A DNA stretch of 64,000 nucleotides from Candidatus Omnitrophota bacterium (GCA_023247055.1 JAHFHF010000005.1:18985-82984); one strand, 5' to 3'. Shown: positions 34,218-44,192, counted from the stretch's first letter. The notes: generated by a model not told the origin, from the letters alone. Program-made: numbers and translations.

Positions 34218-35012
34218 ATGACGTCTTTTAAAAAAATGGCAGCAATTTTTATCGCAGCAGGACTCTTGATGCCGGCTCATGCGCATGCGGCGGCGCTGGA
34301 AGGTGAAGTTGTCTCGCTGGCCCCTATGGAATCCGGTCTTTGGAAAGTCGTGATCAAGGCAGCGGGCGGTAAGCAAAGTTTGGTTCTTTCTGCAAAAAGT
34401 GCGATCCTGAAAGAAGTCCGGGTCGAAGACATCAAGCAGGGAGACCGGCTGGCCAGCACGAACAGGGGTTCCCAGGGGGGAACCAAGGGACTGAAAGCGC
34501 CTTTTGGAAATATGTCGGCGGGCGCCAAAAAAATGCTGGGGCTTCCCAATGTTCCGAATATTCCGGCAGTTCCCAATATTCCCAACATTCCTAATAAGCA
34601 GCAGATGAAAGGTGTGGCCCCCAAGGGCGGCGGAGCAGCCCCTCAACCCGGCGGTGGGAATCCCGGCGTCCCCCAGCCTGGCGGAGGCAAATCGGCGGCA
34701 AAAGAAGAACCGCCGCCGGTCAAGACCCAGGACGAAATGCTGCAAGAAAAAGGTTTTCAGAATGAAAAGTTGCTTTTCCCGCCCACGGAAGGTGAGATTG
34801 GCCCCGGCGAAGAAGTCACGCAGGTGCGCAAGGTCGACCAAGGCTTTGAAGTAACGCTGCTTTCGAGCACGGGCAAACCGGAGAAACAAACCTATGCGCC
34901 GGGCAAAAAAGTGGTCAAAGTGTTAAGCCCTGGTGATTTGAAGAAAAAAGACCGCGTCAGCCTCGACTTTAATGAGAAGGACAAAACGGTCACTCAATTA
35001 AAAATCAAGTGA
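34218..35012 (+). CDS. Secreted hypothetical protein with Pro/Gly-rich linker
   Basis: AAGGAG RBS, signal peptide ending AHAHA, PNIP repeats and PQPGGG x2. Confidence 0.75.
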   Translation: MTSFKKMAAIFIAAGLLMPAHAHAAALEGEVVSLAPMESGLWKVVIKAAGGKQSLVLSAKSAILKEVRVEDIKQGDRLASTNRGSQGGTKGLKAPFGNMSAGAKKMLGLPNVPNIPAVPNIPNIPNKQQMKGVAPKGGGAAPQPGGGNPGVPQPGGGKSAAKEEPPPVKTQDEMLQEKGFQNEKLLFPPTEGEIGPGEEVTQVRKVDQGFEVTLLSSTGKPEKQTYAPGKKVVKVLSPGDLKKKDRVSLDFNEKDKTVTQLKIK

Positions 35013-35599
35013 CCCGGGTTTGGGCGCTTGCAGCGCTCCTGTTTTTAAGCGGTTGTACCGCGCTTTTTGGATGGAAAATTCACGCGCCCGGCATTCTCTC
35101 ACAAAACTATTACAGCCGCGTCCTGCCGGCCGAAGACCGCATCGCGCTTTATCTGCCTGACGATGTTCTGCATTATGAATCGACTAACCGCGGCGGCGCG
35201 CTTGCGGACCCTCAGACTTATTATGTCGGCGAAGCATTTGCCCCCATGATTTTAGAGGCCTTCCAGCAAGGATTCCGCGAATTTATTTTTTTTGAAGTCG
35301 AACCGGATGCGGCTCTGATGCGGCAATATGGCGTTCAGCGTCTAGCGGTGGTGCGGATCCGGACGTTAAAAAACCGTGTGACGCTGAAGGGTCAAGCGGT
35401 TCAACTCGAAACCGAGACGCGGGTGTATAATGAAGCTTTACAGCCTGTGGCTGCTTTTGAGTCCATGGGAACTAGCGATGCCAAGAAGGTCTTTGCTAAA
35501 AAAGGCGGCCCTGAAATCAATCTCAATGCCGCTATTGAAAACAACGTGACGGCGATTGTGCAGTACCTGCAGGATAAAGTCATGAGTGATGAGTCATGA
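35009..35599 (+). CDS. Hypothetical lipoprotein
   Basis: Lipobox LSGC; GTGA overlap with the upstream gene. Confidence 0.75.
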   Translation: MTRVWALAALLFLSGCTALFGWKIHAPGILSQNYYSRVLPAEDRIALYLPDDVLHYESTNRGGALADPQTYYVGEAFAPMILEAFQQGFREFIFFEVEPDAALMRQYGVQRLAVVRIRTLKNRVTLKGQAVQLETETRVYNEALQPVAAFESMGTSDAKKVFAKKGGPEINLNAAIENNVTAIVQYLQDKVMSDES

Positions 35600-36174
35600 G
35601 TGATGAGAAAAGACAACAGACAATAGAGAACAGAAATTGCCCTAAAAAAGGAGCGAAAACGCTTTCTTTCTGTGTTCTGTCCTCTGTTTTCTGTGCTCTG
35701 TACTCTGTTGTTTGTTCTCTCTCTATCTCTTTTGCCGGCGAGGTTATTCCTGAGACGCCCTCAGCCGTGGTGGTGCGCGAGCACCCGCGCACGGGGCATC
35801 CGTATGTCAGTATTGTCGATCCCAAAAAACCGCGAACGGTTTTTAACGGCGAACTTCAGCGCTACAACCGGCCGGATTACCGCATGCTTGAACCCGGTGT
35901 GAAACCGCGCGATGTGGACTATCATGGGCCGGTGAGCAGCCGCAAAAAAGTTTATGTGCTGGCGGGGGTTTTGGCGGCCGGCGGCGTGGCCGGATATGCG
36001 GCTCTGCCGGTGTCTGCGGCCAGCGGTGGTGCTGCAGGCGGGGCTGGGATATATGCGGCAGCCAGTGGCGCCGTGACAGCCGGGACGTTTTCGACGCATT
36101 GGGCCATGAAGCGTGATGACCGGCCGGATGATTTTACGCAGGCTTCTGTGTCCCGTGAATTGAAGTTGTCTTGA
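35596..36174 (+). CDS. Hypothetical membrane protein (N-terminus made of heptamer repeats; start uncertain)
   Basis: 192-aa ORF with a C-terminal Gly/Ala hydrophobic segment. Confidence 0.6.
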   Translation: MSDEKRQQTIENRNCPKKGAKTLSFCVLSSVFCALYSVVCSLSISFAGEVIPETPSAVVVREHPRTGHPYVSIVDPKKPRTVFNGELQRYNRPDYRMLEPGVKPRDVDYHGPVSSRKKVYVLAGVLAAGGVAGYAALPVSAASGGAAGGAGIYAAASGAVTAGTFSTHWAMKRDDRPDDFTQASVSRELKLS

Positions 36175-36191
36175 CTTGAAATTTTCAGCGA

Positions 36192-36282
36192 ACTCCTTCT
36201 CTCTCTTGGGGGAGAAGGTTAGGATGAGGGGGTAGACTTTATTTCTCATCACCCTGACCCTCTCTCCAGAGGGAAAAGGGAA
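36192..36282. repeat. CCCTCTC/GGGAGAGG-type compound palindromic intergenic element
   Basis: ccttctctctcttgggggagaagg..ggatgaggg...caccctgaccctctctccagagggaaaaggg nested stems. Confidence 0.55.
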
Positions 36283-36310
36283 AGCACCAACTCAGTTAAG
36301 GAGTCTAACA

Positions 36311-37084
36311 ATGAATAAAACAAATCTGTTTTTATTTTTTTCAATCCTTGGAATTTTAAGTCTGGCGGGCTGCGGTCCCAAAGAAGAGCCTACGGTTGAA
36401 AATGCCGCGCCTGTGACTTCTGAAGCCGTGCCTCAGGCGGCTGCTCCGGCGCAGGGTGCGGGAACAATCCGCGGCCAGATCAAATTTACGGGAACTGCCC
36501 CGGCGCCTGCCGCACTGCAGATGGCGGCTGATCCTTTTTGCGCAGCCAACGCCGGATCCGGTGCTGTGGTCGAAGATTTGATCGTCAATGCCAACGGTAC
36601 GCTGCGCAATGCCTTTGTCTACATCAAGACTGGGCTGGAAGGGAAAAGTTTTCCTGCGCCTTCCACGCCGGCCGTCTTGGACCAAGCCGGATGCCGTTAT
36701 CATCCGCATGTTTTAGGCTTGCAGGTAGGCCAGCCAGTTGAAATTATTAACAGCGACAGCACCCTGCACAATGTGCACGCTCTGCCAAAGGCCTCGCCGG
36801 AATTCAATCTAGGCATGCCGATCAAAGGTATGAAAATGAAAAAGTCTTTTTCCGCTCCGGAAGTCGCGGCCCGCTTTAAATGCGATGTCCATCCGTGGAT
36901 GTCTGCTTATGCCGGAGTTGTCGCGCATCCCTTTTTTGCCGTGACAGGCGAAGACGGCAGTTTCGAATTGAAAAATGTTCCTGCGGGTTCGTACACAGTA
37001 GCGGTCTGGCATGAAAAGTTGGGCGAAAAAGAAACCGCTGTGACCGTGACGGATGGAGAATCCACGGTTGACATGGCATTTTAA
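36311..37084 (+). CDS. Lipoprotein with cupredoxin-like and carboxypeptidase-regulatory-like domains
   Basis: Lipobox LAGC; LHNVH and CDVHPWM copper-ligand pattern; G.F.LKNVPAG.Y...WHE. Confidence 0.8.
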   Translation: MNKTNLFLFFSILGILSLAGCGPKEEPTVENAAPVTSEAVPQAAAPAQGAGTIRGQIKFTGTAPAPAALQMAADPFCAANAGSGAVVEDLIVNANGTLRNAFVYIKTGLEGKSFPAPSTPAVLDQAGCRYHPHVLGLQVGQPVEIINSDSTLHNVHALPKASPEFNLGMPIKGMKMKKSFSAPEVAARFKCDVHPWMSAYAGVVAHPFFAVTGEDGSFELKNVPAGSYTVAVWHEKLGEKETAVTVTDGESTVDMAF

Positions 37085-37102
37085 AATTAAAAGGAGACCG
37101 GT

Positions 37103-37333
37103 ATGAGAAAAAAGTTATTTAGAATTTTTACAGGCGCCTTATTGATTTTTTCCGTTGTCAGCGCAATGGCGTCTGCCGGCAGCGTTTGCCCGGTCATGCC
37201 CGATCATCAGGGCAGTTCGAAGTATGCCGTGGATTACAAGGGCAAGACGTACAATTTTTGCTGCAAAAGCTGCGTGAAAAAATTCAACAAAAATCCGGAA
37301 AAATATAGCCGAACGACTGCCGGGGCGGCCTAA
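37103..37333 (+). CDS. Secreted YHS-domain protein
   Basis: CPVM..YKGKTYNFCC..C.KKF..NPEKY. Confidence 0.85.
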   Translation: MRKKLFRIFTGALLIFSVVSAMASAGSVCPVMPDHQGSSKYAVDYKGKTYNFCCKSCVKKFNKNPEKYSRTTAGAA

Positions 37334-37611
37334 TGGTAAAAAATCTATTTATTTTTTTGGCAGCGGGACTCTTGGTTTTCCAGGGGCCGGGTGCCCAGGC
37401 CGCGGAGGTGCTCTGCTCCCTGCATGACGGCCAGGCCGCTGACGGCACTACGGTGCTGGAAAAGCAGGGCAAAAAATATGAATTTTGCTGTTCGGGCTGC
37501 CTGCAGAAGTTTAAAGAATCGCCCGAATATTTTTCGACCGTTGAAAAAACGAACGCTATGCCCGGGCAAGCGAAGGCCGAAGCCGCATGCAGCACCGTCT
37601 GCAGCGATTAA
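37333..37611 (+). CDS. Secreted YHS-domain protein
   Basis: GKKYEFCCSGCLQKF..SPEY. Confidence 0.8.
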   Translation: MVKNLFIFLAAGLLVFQGPGAQAAEVLCSLHDGQAADGTTVLEKQGKKYEFCCSGCLQKFKESPEYFSTVEKTNAMPGQAKAEAACSTVCSD

Positions 37612-37635
37612 CGGCGGCTGAAGAGGGAGTGTGCG

Positions 37636-38043
37636 ATGAATTTTGAAGGCGTTTTTTTTCATCCGTTGATGGTCCATTTTCCCATCGCTTTGTGTTTCTT
37701 TGAATTTTTTCTGCTGGCACTGGCGGCTTTCAAAAAAGACATAGCCTATCTGCAGTTTGCCCGCTTGACGTTTTACGTTTTGACCGCCGGGCTCGCCGCA
37801 GCGCTGATCAGCGGTTATCACGATGCCGGCGGCCATATCGCGGATCTTTTTGCGGGTGGCGTAAAACCCCATTTTTTTGCAGCCTGCAGCCTGACCGCTT
37901 TGACGGCCGTGCGTTTTGTTCTTTGGCGTCAATTTTCCCCCAGCCATCCTCGGTGTGTTGTTGTTCATCTTTGCGGTTCGGTCCTGATGATGGCGGCAGT
38001 CAGCATCACCGCTTATTTTGGAGGCGAACTTGTCTACTCTTGA
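37636..38043 (+). CDS. DUF2231-like membrane protein
   Basis: HPLMVHFPIAL ... GGELVY; four TM segments. Confidence 0.85.
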   Translation: MNFEGVFFHPLMVHFPIALCFFEFFLLALAAFKKDIAYLQFARLTFYVLTAGLAAALISGYHDAGGHIADLFAGGVKPHFFAACSLTALTAVRFVLWRQFSPSHPRCVVVHLCGSVLMMAAVSITAYFGGELVYS

Positions 38044-39100
38044 TGCGGCCGAAACTCACGAAGACCATAGCTGCTGCGGATCGATGCATACGGCCCAAAA
38101 ACCCTGGTATCAGGATGTCACGGTTTGGATTTTAATCGTGGGTACGGGTTTAATCGCCGCGTCTTTTGTTGTGCCCGGCCTTGTCGTTTTCCATGCGGCA
38201 GCAATGCATTACTTGCGCAAGCTGTGGCTGCCTGTCCTGGCCGGACTTTTCTTGGGCGGTTTGCTCGAACGATTCGTGCCCGAAAGTTATGTGTCGAAGC
38301 AGCTGGCGCGGCCGGGGAAAAGCACGGTGTTTTATGCAGTGGGCCTTGGATTTTTGATGAGCGCCTGCAGCCATGGTCTGATTGCGCTTTCCATGGAACT
38401 GCACCGTAAGGGCGCTTCCGGTGCGGCGATCGTTAGTTTTCTCTTGGCCAGCCCCTGGGCCAGCCTGCCCATTACGCTGCTTTTGATCGGGCTTTTTGGG
38501 GCCAAGTCTTTCGTGATTATTTTTGGCGCTTTAGTCATCGCGGTGGTTACGGGTTTAATTTTTCAGGCCCTGGCCCGTGCGGGCCTGATTGAGAAAAACC
38601 GGCATACGGTCACGGTGCATTCAGAATTTTCTATCCGCAAAGACATCCGCCGCCGCCTCAGCCAGTACCGCTTTTCCTGGACCGGTCTTTTCAGCGATCT
38701 CAAAATGATTTTGCGCGGTGCCGCAAGCCTGGCCCACATGACGCTGGGTTGGACGGTATTCGGCCTAGTCATGGCCAGTCTTTCCAACGCTTTTGTGCCC
38801 ACGGATTGGTTTCATCGATTTCTTGGGCCTTCCGCGATGGGTTTGTGCGGCACGCTTGCGCTGGCGACAGTACTGGAAGTTTGTTCGGAAGGAACTTCGC
38901 CCTTGGCTTTTGAGATTTATCGCCAGACCGGCGCTTTCGGCAATGCGGTAGCCTTTCTGATGGGAGGTGTGGTGACGGACTATACGGAGATTGGGTTGAT
39001 CTGGCAGAATATTGGGCGCCGCACGGCGTTATGGCTGCTGGCCGTCAGTCTGCCGCAGGTTTTTCTGCTGGGATTACTGCTCAACAAGCTTGGTCTTTAA
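38018..39100 (+). CDS. Predicted permease (ArsP/DUF318 family); start uncertain
   Basis: Duplicated ACSHG / VCSEG motifs, FLLASP, multiple TMs, His/Cys-rich N-terminus. Confidence 0.8.
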   Translation: MEANLSTLDAAETHEDHSCCGSMHTAQKPWYQDVTVWILIVGTGLIAASFVVPGLVVFHAAAMHYLRKLWLPVLAGLFLGGLLERFVPESYVSKQLARPGKSTVFYAVGLGFLMSACSHGLIALSMELHRKGASGAAIVSFLLASPWASLPITLLLIGLFGAKSFVIIFGALVIAVVTGLIFQALARAGLIEKNRHTVTVHSEFSIRKDIRRRLSQYRFSWTGLFSDLKMILRGAASLAHMTLGWTVFGLVMASLSNAFVPTDWFHRFLGPSAMGLCGTLALATVLEVCSEGTSPLAFEIYRQTGAFGNAVAFLMGGVVTDYTEIGLIWQNIGRRTALWLLAVSLPQVFLLGLLLNKLGL

Positions 39101-39159
39101 AATTAACTTCATTCCCGGTAGTGGCAATTTCCGCCACAGGCGGACAGCATGAATGGCCG

Positions 39160-40323
39160 CTACCGGGTTTTAGCCGAAAGCAGCCTTGCCAACCCAGTTT
39201 TAAAGCTTTCCTCGGGTACAAGCAGACTTAAGACCAGGGCCGCCGGCATTTCTTCCAAATCAAACAAGTAGCCGGGATGCAGCAATACTTTTTGATTTTC
39301 GAGCAGGTCCAGCGCCCACTGCTCGTCTGTTTGAATTCCGGGCATGCGCAAAATCGACGACCAGCCGCCTTCGGTTTTTAAAACTTCCACCGCAGAACCT
39401 GCAAAATGTTTTTCAAGAAAAGCCCGGTTGCTCCGGATTCGGTCCCGGATTTCTTGCTGAATCGCGGGCATTTTTTCCAGCCAAAGCGGCAGCGCATTCT
39501 GGATGGGTGTGGACGCTGAAAGGTAGGTATCTGCCACAATTTCGAGGCGGCGCAGGGCATCGTTTTTCAACTCTTCCGGTCCTGTGACCACCACCCAGGA
39601 AAGTTTCATCTGCGGCAGTCCCAAAATTTTTGAAATGCCGCTTAACGTAAACGTCAGCCCATCGTTTTGTGCGGCAAAACTTGGCGGCAGAGGCGTGGTC
39701 TCCAGAGCAAAATCGTAAAAGACTTCATCGGAAATGAGCGCTGCTTTCTTGCGCTGGGCCCAGGATGCCAAAATAGCCTGTTCCTTTTCGCTGACATAAT
39801 TACCGGCCGGATTCGAAGGGTGGACGACAAGCGTGGCTTTAACGCGCGCCGTGCATTCCTCCAAAATCTTAGGCTCCATCTGCCAACCGTTTTGGTAAAT
39901 CAGAGGGTAGCGGATCAACTTAACGTCATTGATTTCAGCCAAGTAATCCATGAGCGGGTAACCCGGCGCAGGACCCAGGATGCTGTCGCCATGTTCCGCC
40001 AGAATTTTGAAGACAAAACTGTAGGCTTCACTGGTGCTGGCTGTGATAAAAATCTGGTCAGGATGCAGTAAGATTCCCTTGGCGGCATAATACCGGCAGA
40101 CGGCTTCACGGGCCTTGGGCAGGCCGTGCGGGTCCGGCGTGTATTTCAGTCCATCCGGATGCAGCAGAGGTTCAAGAAGAGCGGGTGTTAAATACGAGAA
40201 TCCGCAGTCTGTGGGATTCGTGACCGTGAGATTGATGAAGTCCGGGTGCGCGCGAAGTTCCTCAGCTTTTTGCGCCAGCGGATTCAGCGCCGTATTCCAG
40301 TCCGTGCGTTTGGAGAAAGTCAT
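39160..40323 (-). CDS. PLP-dependent aminotransferase class I/II
   Basis: STSEAY, PSNPAG, ISDEVF, SGISKILGLPQMKL; start MTFSKR overlaps the upstream stop. Confidence 0.88.
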   Translation of the reverse strand: MTFSKRTDWNTALNPLAQKAEELRAHPDFINLTVTNPTDCGFSYLTPALLEPLLHPDGLKYTPDPHGLPKAREAVCRYYAAKGILLHPDQIFITASTSEAYSFVFKILAEHGDSILGPAPGYPLMDYLAEINDVKLIRYPLIYQNGWQMEPKILEECTARVKATLVVHPSNPAGNYVSEKEQAILASWAQRKKAALISDEVFYDFALETTPLPPSFAAQNDGLTFTLSGISKILGLPQMKLSWVVVTGPEELKNDALRRLEIVADTYLSASTPIQNALPLWLEKMPAIQQEIRDRIRSNRAFLEKHFAGSAVEVLKTEGGWSSILRMPGIQTDEQWALDLLENQKVLLHPGYLFDLEEMPAALVLSLLVPEESFKTGLARLLSAKTR

Positions 40324-41420
40324 TTCTTTTTTGCCGCGGTATCGAGGAGTTGGCAAACACTTTCGCGGGTCACCGGTGAGCCGAAGACCTGCTCCCAAAC
40401 TTCCGGCGATTCCATCGAAAGATAAAGCGTCACATCCGGCGCTAATTCGCGGATCATCCGCGTCATGATTTTATAGATTTCAATGCGACTGGGTTTGAAG
40501 TAGCGCAGTTTGCCGTCCATACCTTTGATCCATTCGGCCGCAGGAAGTTTGGACTTGGGGAAGCGGTCTTCCATAATGGGTTTGAGTTCCGGCATCATAC
40601 GCAGGCAGCCCAGGCTGATCCAGCCGATTTTCTCAGCAGGCACCGCCCGGAACAGATCGCGTGCGACCTCACCGTAATCTTGCTCCCAGCCAGGATAGTC
40701 GATGATAGGGTCAAAATGAAAATTGACGCGCCAGCCGGGAAGGCCGGCCACGGTTTTGGCTGCGGCAAGGCGCTCGTCGATAGAGGCGCATTTATGTTCT
40801 TCCTCGCGGCTGATTTTGCGCGAGTTCAGCGACCAGCCGACCATCGCTTTGCCGGCGCCGTCGAGTGCCGCAAGCCGTGCGATATTGACGCTTTTAGTCT
40901 TGAGTTCCAACAAAGCATTTTTCTGCCGGGCAAAAAAAGGCACCAGGATTTCTGAAAAACCTGTGATAGGGTCGAGCGAGAGCGAATCGGCGAGCTGCCC
41001 CGTACCAATGCGGAAAAACCGGTCTGGATTGTCATCGAGAACCCTTTGCAGATTCGCCAGCATCTCCTCGATATTGACAAAGACGGTTAGCAAAGGGTTC
41101 GTGAGATAGGCCTGCAAAATGCAGTAGCTGCATTCCAGGTCGCAGCCTTCCGCAGCATGCAAGGTAAAATAATCGCACGACAAATACTGTTCCGCTTCGG
41201 GAAAAGGTTTGAAGGAACGCCCCTTGTCATAGGCTAGCAGCAAGGTGCGTTTGCCTTCGCCGATGGAGTCGCGTTTGGCGCGCAGCGCAGCATTTAGCAC
41301 TCGCGTATCTTCAATCACTTCCTGCGGCACATCCGGCAGCCGCCGCAGGATCGTCTGCGTTAGGGGGAAATTCAGCGCCGTTCTTTCAATATAGATTTTT
41401 TGGGGTTGATAGCGTGTCAT
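40320..41420 (-). CDS. Spore photoproduct lyase-family radical SAM protein
   Basis: GCDLECSYCILQ (CxxxCxxC), GTGQLADSL, ELKTKS, FHFDPI, DGKLRYF. Confidence 0.85.
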   Translation of the reverse strand: MTRYQPQKIYIERTALNFPLTQTILRRLPDVPQEVIEDTRVLNAALRAKRDSIGEGKRTLLLAYDKGRSFKPFPEAEQYLSCDYFTLHAAEGCDLECSYCILQAYLTNPLLTVFVNIEEMLANLQRVLDDNPDRFFRIGTGQLADSLSLDPITGFSEILVPFFARQKNALLELKTKSVNIARLAALDGAGKAMVGWSLNSRKISREEEHKCASIDERLAAAKTVAGLPGWRVNFHFDPIIDYPGWEQDYGEVARDLFRAVPAEKIGWISLGCLRMMPELKPIMEDRFPKSKLPAAEWIKGMDGKLRYFKPSRIEIYKIMTRMIRELAPDVTLYLSMESPEVWEQVFGSPVTRESVCQLLDTAAKKK

Positions 41421-41440
41421 AGGTGAGGGACAGGTCCGTC

Positions 41441-42355
41441 TTAACGTCTTGTAGGCCAAGGGGTTGCGAGGACCTGTCCCTGGTTTTGGGCGCCTTGCCG
41501 GAAAATGCGGCTTTTTTCTTCCAGCATTTGCCGGGCAGCAAGGGTTTGCGTCGCATCCAGCGCCCCGGAAGACAGGATTTTTTCAAGCGCGTAAATGCGG
41601 AAGCGGTCCATGGCCGGAAATTCGCGTGAGCGCTGGTCTGCGTGGCCGCCGTATTTAATCACGTACGGTTTTTCAATCAGTCCTACCGGATGGCGCGCGG
41701 CGATACGCAGCCATAAATCATAATCTTCACAGGCGGGCAGGGATTCATCAAAGCCGCCGGTTTCGATGAAAAACGATTTTTCCATCATAACGGCCGAGGG
41801 GCTGATGACGCACAGCGGCAGGCATTTTTCAAAAATAAAGCCGCCGTATTTTTTGTGTTTTTTCATTGGATTGACGCGTACGCCATTGCGGATCCAGATT
41901 TCTTCGGTCTGGCCAATGCGGTATTCGCGATGGGCTTGAAAAAAATCCCATTGGGCGCGCAGTTTACCCGGTTTCCATTCATCGTCGGAATCCAGGAAAG
42001 CAATCCAGCGGCCTTGGGCCGCCTCAACGCCGCGGTTGCGTGCATACGAAGGCCCGCGCTGTTCTTGCCAATGCAGATAAACGACCGAAGGAAATTCTTG
42101 GCGGACCCAGGCTTCCGTGCCGTCCGTGGAACCGTCATCGGCAATTATTAACTCGATTGCCGTTTCTGTTCGCGAGGGACACCGGCCATCAGCCGGTGCC
42201 TGCGCAGTCCCTGGGCGCAACCTATCAGCCGGCGCGCCTAGTTCAATGATCGATGACTGTCCCTTGTGCATGTTTTTTTGAGCCAGCACAGAACGGATGG
42301 CACGTTCAAGAGTATGCTTGCGGTTAAATGCGGGGATGATGACACTGATGTCCAT
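41441..42355 (-). CDS. Glycosyltransferase family 2 (with in-frame palindromic insertion)
   Basis: SVIIPAFNR, DDGSTDGT, ARNRG, FLDSDD, GGFDE..CEDYDLWLR. Confidence 0.9.
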   Translation of the reverse strand: MDISVIIPAFNRKHTLERAIRSVLAQKNMHKGQSSIIELGAPADRLRPGTAQAPADGRCPSRTETAIELIIADDGSTDGTEAWVRQEFPSVVYLHWQEQRGPSYARNRGVEAAQGRWIAFLDSDDEWKPGKLRAQWDFFQAHREYRIGQTEEIWIRNGVRVNPMKKHKKYGGFIFEKCLPLCVISPSAVMMEKSFFIETGGFDESLPACEDYDLWLRIAARHPVGLIEKPYVIKYGGHADQRSREFPAMDRFRIYALEKILSSGALDATQTLAARQMLEEKSRIFRQGAQNQGQVLATPWPTRR

Positions 42356-42591
42356 ACGGATGGATACTATACATGCCGCAAGGGGATCGAGTCATCTTCG
42401 AATACAGTTACCCGGAAGTCCGGCGAAGGGGCGGCGTGTTGGATAGGGGGTGCTATAAATTGGCATGCCGAGATTGAATTATATTCAAATTTGTAGTATT
42501 CGATATTGTTACATCGATAACAATCGACGAAATTGTCCACGCTTATGCCAATTTCTGCCTCTTTTCCTTGTCCCGGATATCGCAACGTGGA

Positions 42592-42620
42592 TTGACACCC
42601 TCTGGAGGGACTTCTATACT
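42592..42620 (+). promoter_or_regulatory. sigma70 promoter of the cyclodeaminase-folD operon
   Basis: TTGACA-17 nt-TATACT. Confidence 0.8.
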
Positions 42621-42675
42621 AAACCTTTTGAGTGGCCCCCCCTAGTTTGGTGCTCAAGCGAAGGTAATCCCAAGT

Positions 42676-43287
42676 ATGACATCCTTTTCCGGTTTGACTC
42701 TTAAGGAATATCTCGACAAACTTTCCAGCGATGCCCCTGTACCGGGCGGCGGCAGTGTTTCCGCCTATGCCGCCTCGCTTGCGATGGGGCTCAGCCAAAT
42801 GGTGGCGCGCATTACTTTGGGCCGTAAAAAAAAACCGGGTTTGAGTCCGCAGGAGGAGCAAAAAGAGGACGAACGCCGGGCCACGATTCAAAAAATTCTC
42901 AATTCGCTGGAAAAAACACGTGCTGACGCGTTTCAAATTGTGGATCTGGACCCCAAAATTTATCAGGAAGTGATGGATGCGGCGGGGGATGTGAACCGCA
43001 TGGAAGATGCTTTGCATAATTCGTTCCGTCTGCAAGCTGATTTGGCACTTTTGATTGTCATGGCACGCGAATGGAATACCGTGCTGGCTGGCCTTGTCAA
43101 AGGTTCGATTGCCAATGATTTACTTGTGAGCGCGTCGCTTTCTGAGGCGGCTTTTCACGGCGCTTACCACACGGCGATGATCAATGTGAAATACATGAAA
43201 GACGAGAATCGTAAACAGCAGGCGGAGAAAGCTTTGGCCGATTTGAAAGCCCGCTACCAGGAAGGAACTGCCCATGCCGGCCGCTGA
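42676..43287 (+). CDS. Formiminotetrahydrofolate cyclodeaminase/cyclohydrolase family protein
   Basis: L.SDAPVPGGGSVSA..LA.GL.QMV; adjacent to folD. Confidence 0.85.
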   Translation: MTSFSGLTLKEYLDKLSSDAPVPGGGSVSAYAASLAMGLSQMVARITLGRKKKPGLSPQEEQKEDERRATIQKILNSLEKTRADAFQIVDLDPKIYQEVMDAAGDVNRMEDALHNSFRLQADLALLIVMAREWNTVLAGLVKGSIANDLLVSASLSEAAFHGAYHTAMINVKYMKDENRKQQAEKALADLKARYQEGTAHAGR

Positions 43288-44134
43288 AACGCGCCTCCTC
43301 GAAGGCAAAATCCTGGCCCAAAAAATCCAGGAAGAAATCAAAGTGCGTATTGGCGAGGGCCTGCGCCAGGGCCGCAAAGCGCCTTCGCTCTTGGCCATTC
43401 AAGCGGCACAGGATCCCTCCGCAGACTGGTACATCGGCCAGCAGAAAAAACTCGCGGAAAAACTGGGCGTTCACTTTGAACAAATTCCGGCAGGCGTGAT
43501 CACCGCACAGCCGGGTTTAATTGAAAAAATTAAATCCGCCCAGCATACGTTTACGGGTATTTTTATCGCAATGCCGCTGCCCGCAGGATTTAACGCCGAC
43601 GAAGTTCTCCTTGCGCTTGATCCCAAAAAAGACGTGGAAGGCATTCATCCCGCCAGCCTGGGGCTGATTGTTTTGCGCAAGGCCCGGCTCATTCCGCCCA
43701 CGGCTTATGCCTCTTTCAAGCTGATCGAAGCCTCGGGCCTGGACTTGCGCGGCAAAAAAGCCGTGATCGCGGGGCAGAGCGCCATTGTGGGCCGTCCGCT
43801 CCAGCTTTTGCTGGGCGAGCGCCGTGTGACTACCACGGTCTGCAATACCGGAACCTCGCCAGCGGACTTGGAAAAATTTGTTTCGGAAAGCGACATTGTC
43901 GTCGCCTGCGCGGGCCAGCCCGGCCTGATCAAAGGCTCCTGGATCAAATCCGGCGCGGTGGTCATTGACGTAGGCACGACGGAAGTAGCCGGCAAACTGA
44001 CCGGCGATATCGAGTTTGAAGAAGCCAAAAAACGCGCCGGATTTATCACACCTGTTCCCGGCGGCGTAGGGCCTCTGACGGTGACCATGCTGATGCAGAA
44101 TTTGATTCATGCGTATGAATGGCAGCGAGCATGA
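43274..44134 (+). CDS. folD: Bifunctional methylene-THF dehydrogenase/cyclohydrolase
   Basis: KDVEGIHP, S.IVGRPL, VIDVG, TPVPGGVGPLTVTML. Confidence 0.9.
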   Translation: MPAAETRLLEGKILAQKIQEEIKVRIGEGLRQGRKAPSLLAIQAAQDPSADWYIGQQKKLAEKLGVHFEQIPAGVITAQPGLIEKIKSAQHTFTGIFIAMPLPAGFNADEVLLALDPKKDVEGIHPASLGLIVLRKARLIPPTAYASFKLIEASGLDLRGKKAVIAGQSAIVGRPLQLLLGERRVTTTVCNTGTSPADLEKFVSESDIVVACAGQPGLIKGSWIKSGAVVIDVGTTEVAGKLTGDIEFEEAKKRAGFITPVPGGVGPLTVTMLMQNLIHAYEWQRA

Positions 44135-44192
44135 CACAAATCACTTTTTAAGGAAACGGGTTCATAAGCCTTCTAAATCTAATCACTGGCTT

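Noticed and set aside
42367-42585. 72-aa minus-strand ORF upstream of GT2
   Set aside because: No recognisable motif or RBS; lies in a divergent promoter region.
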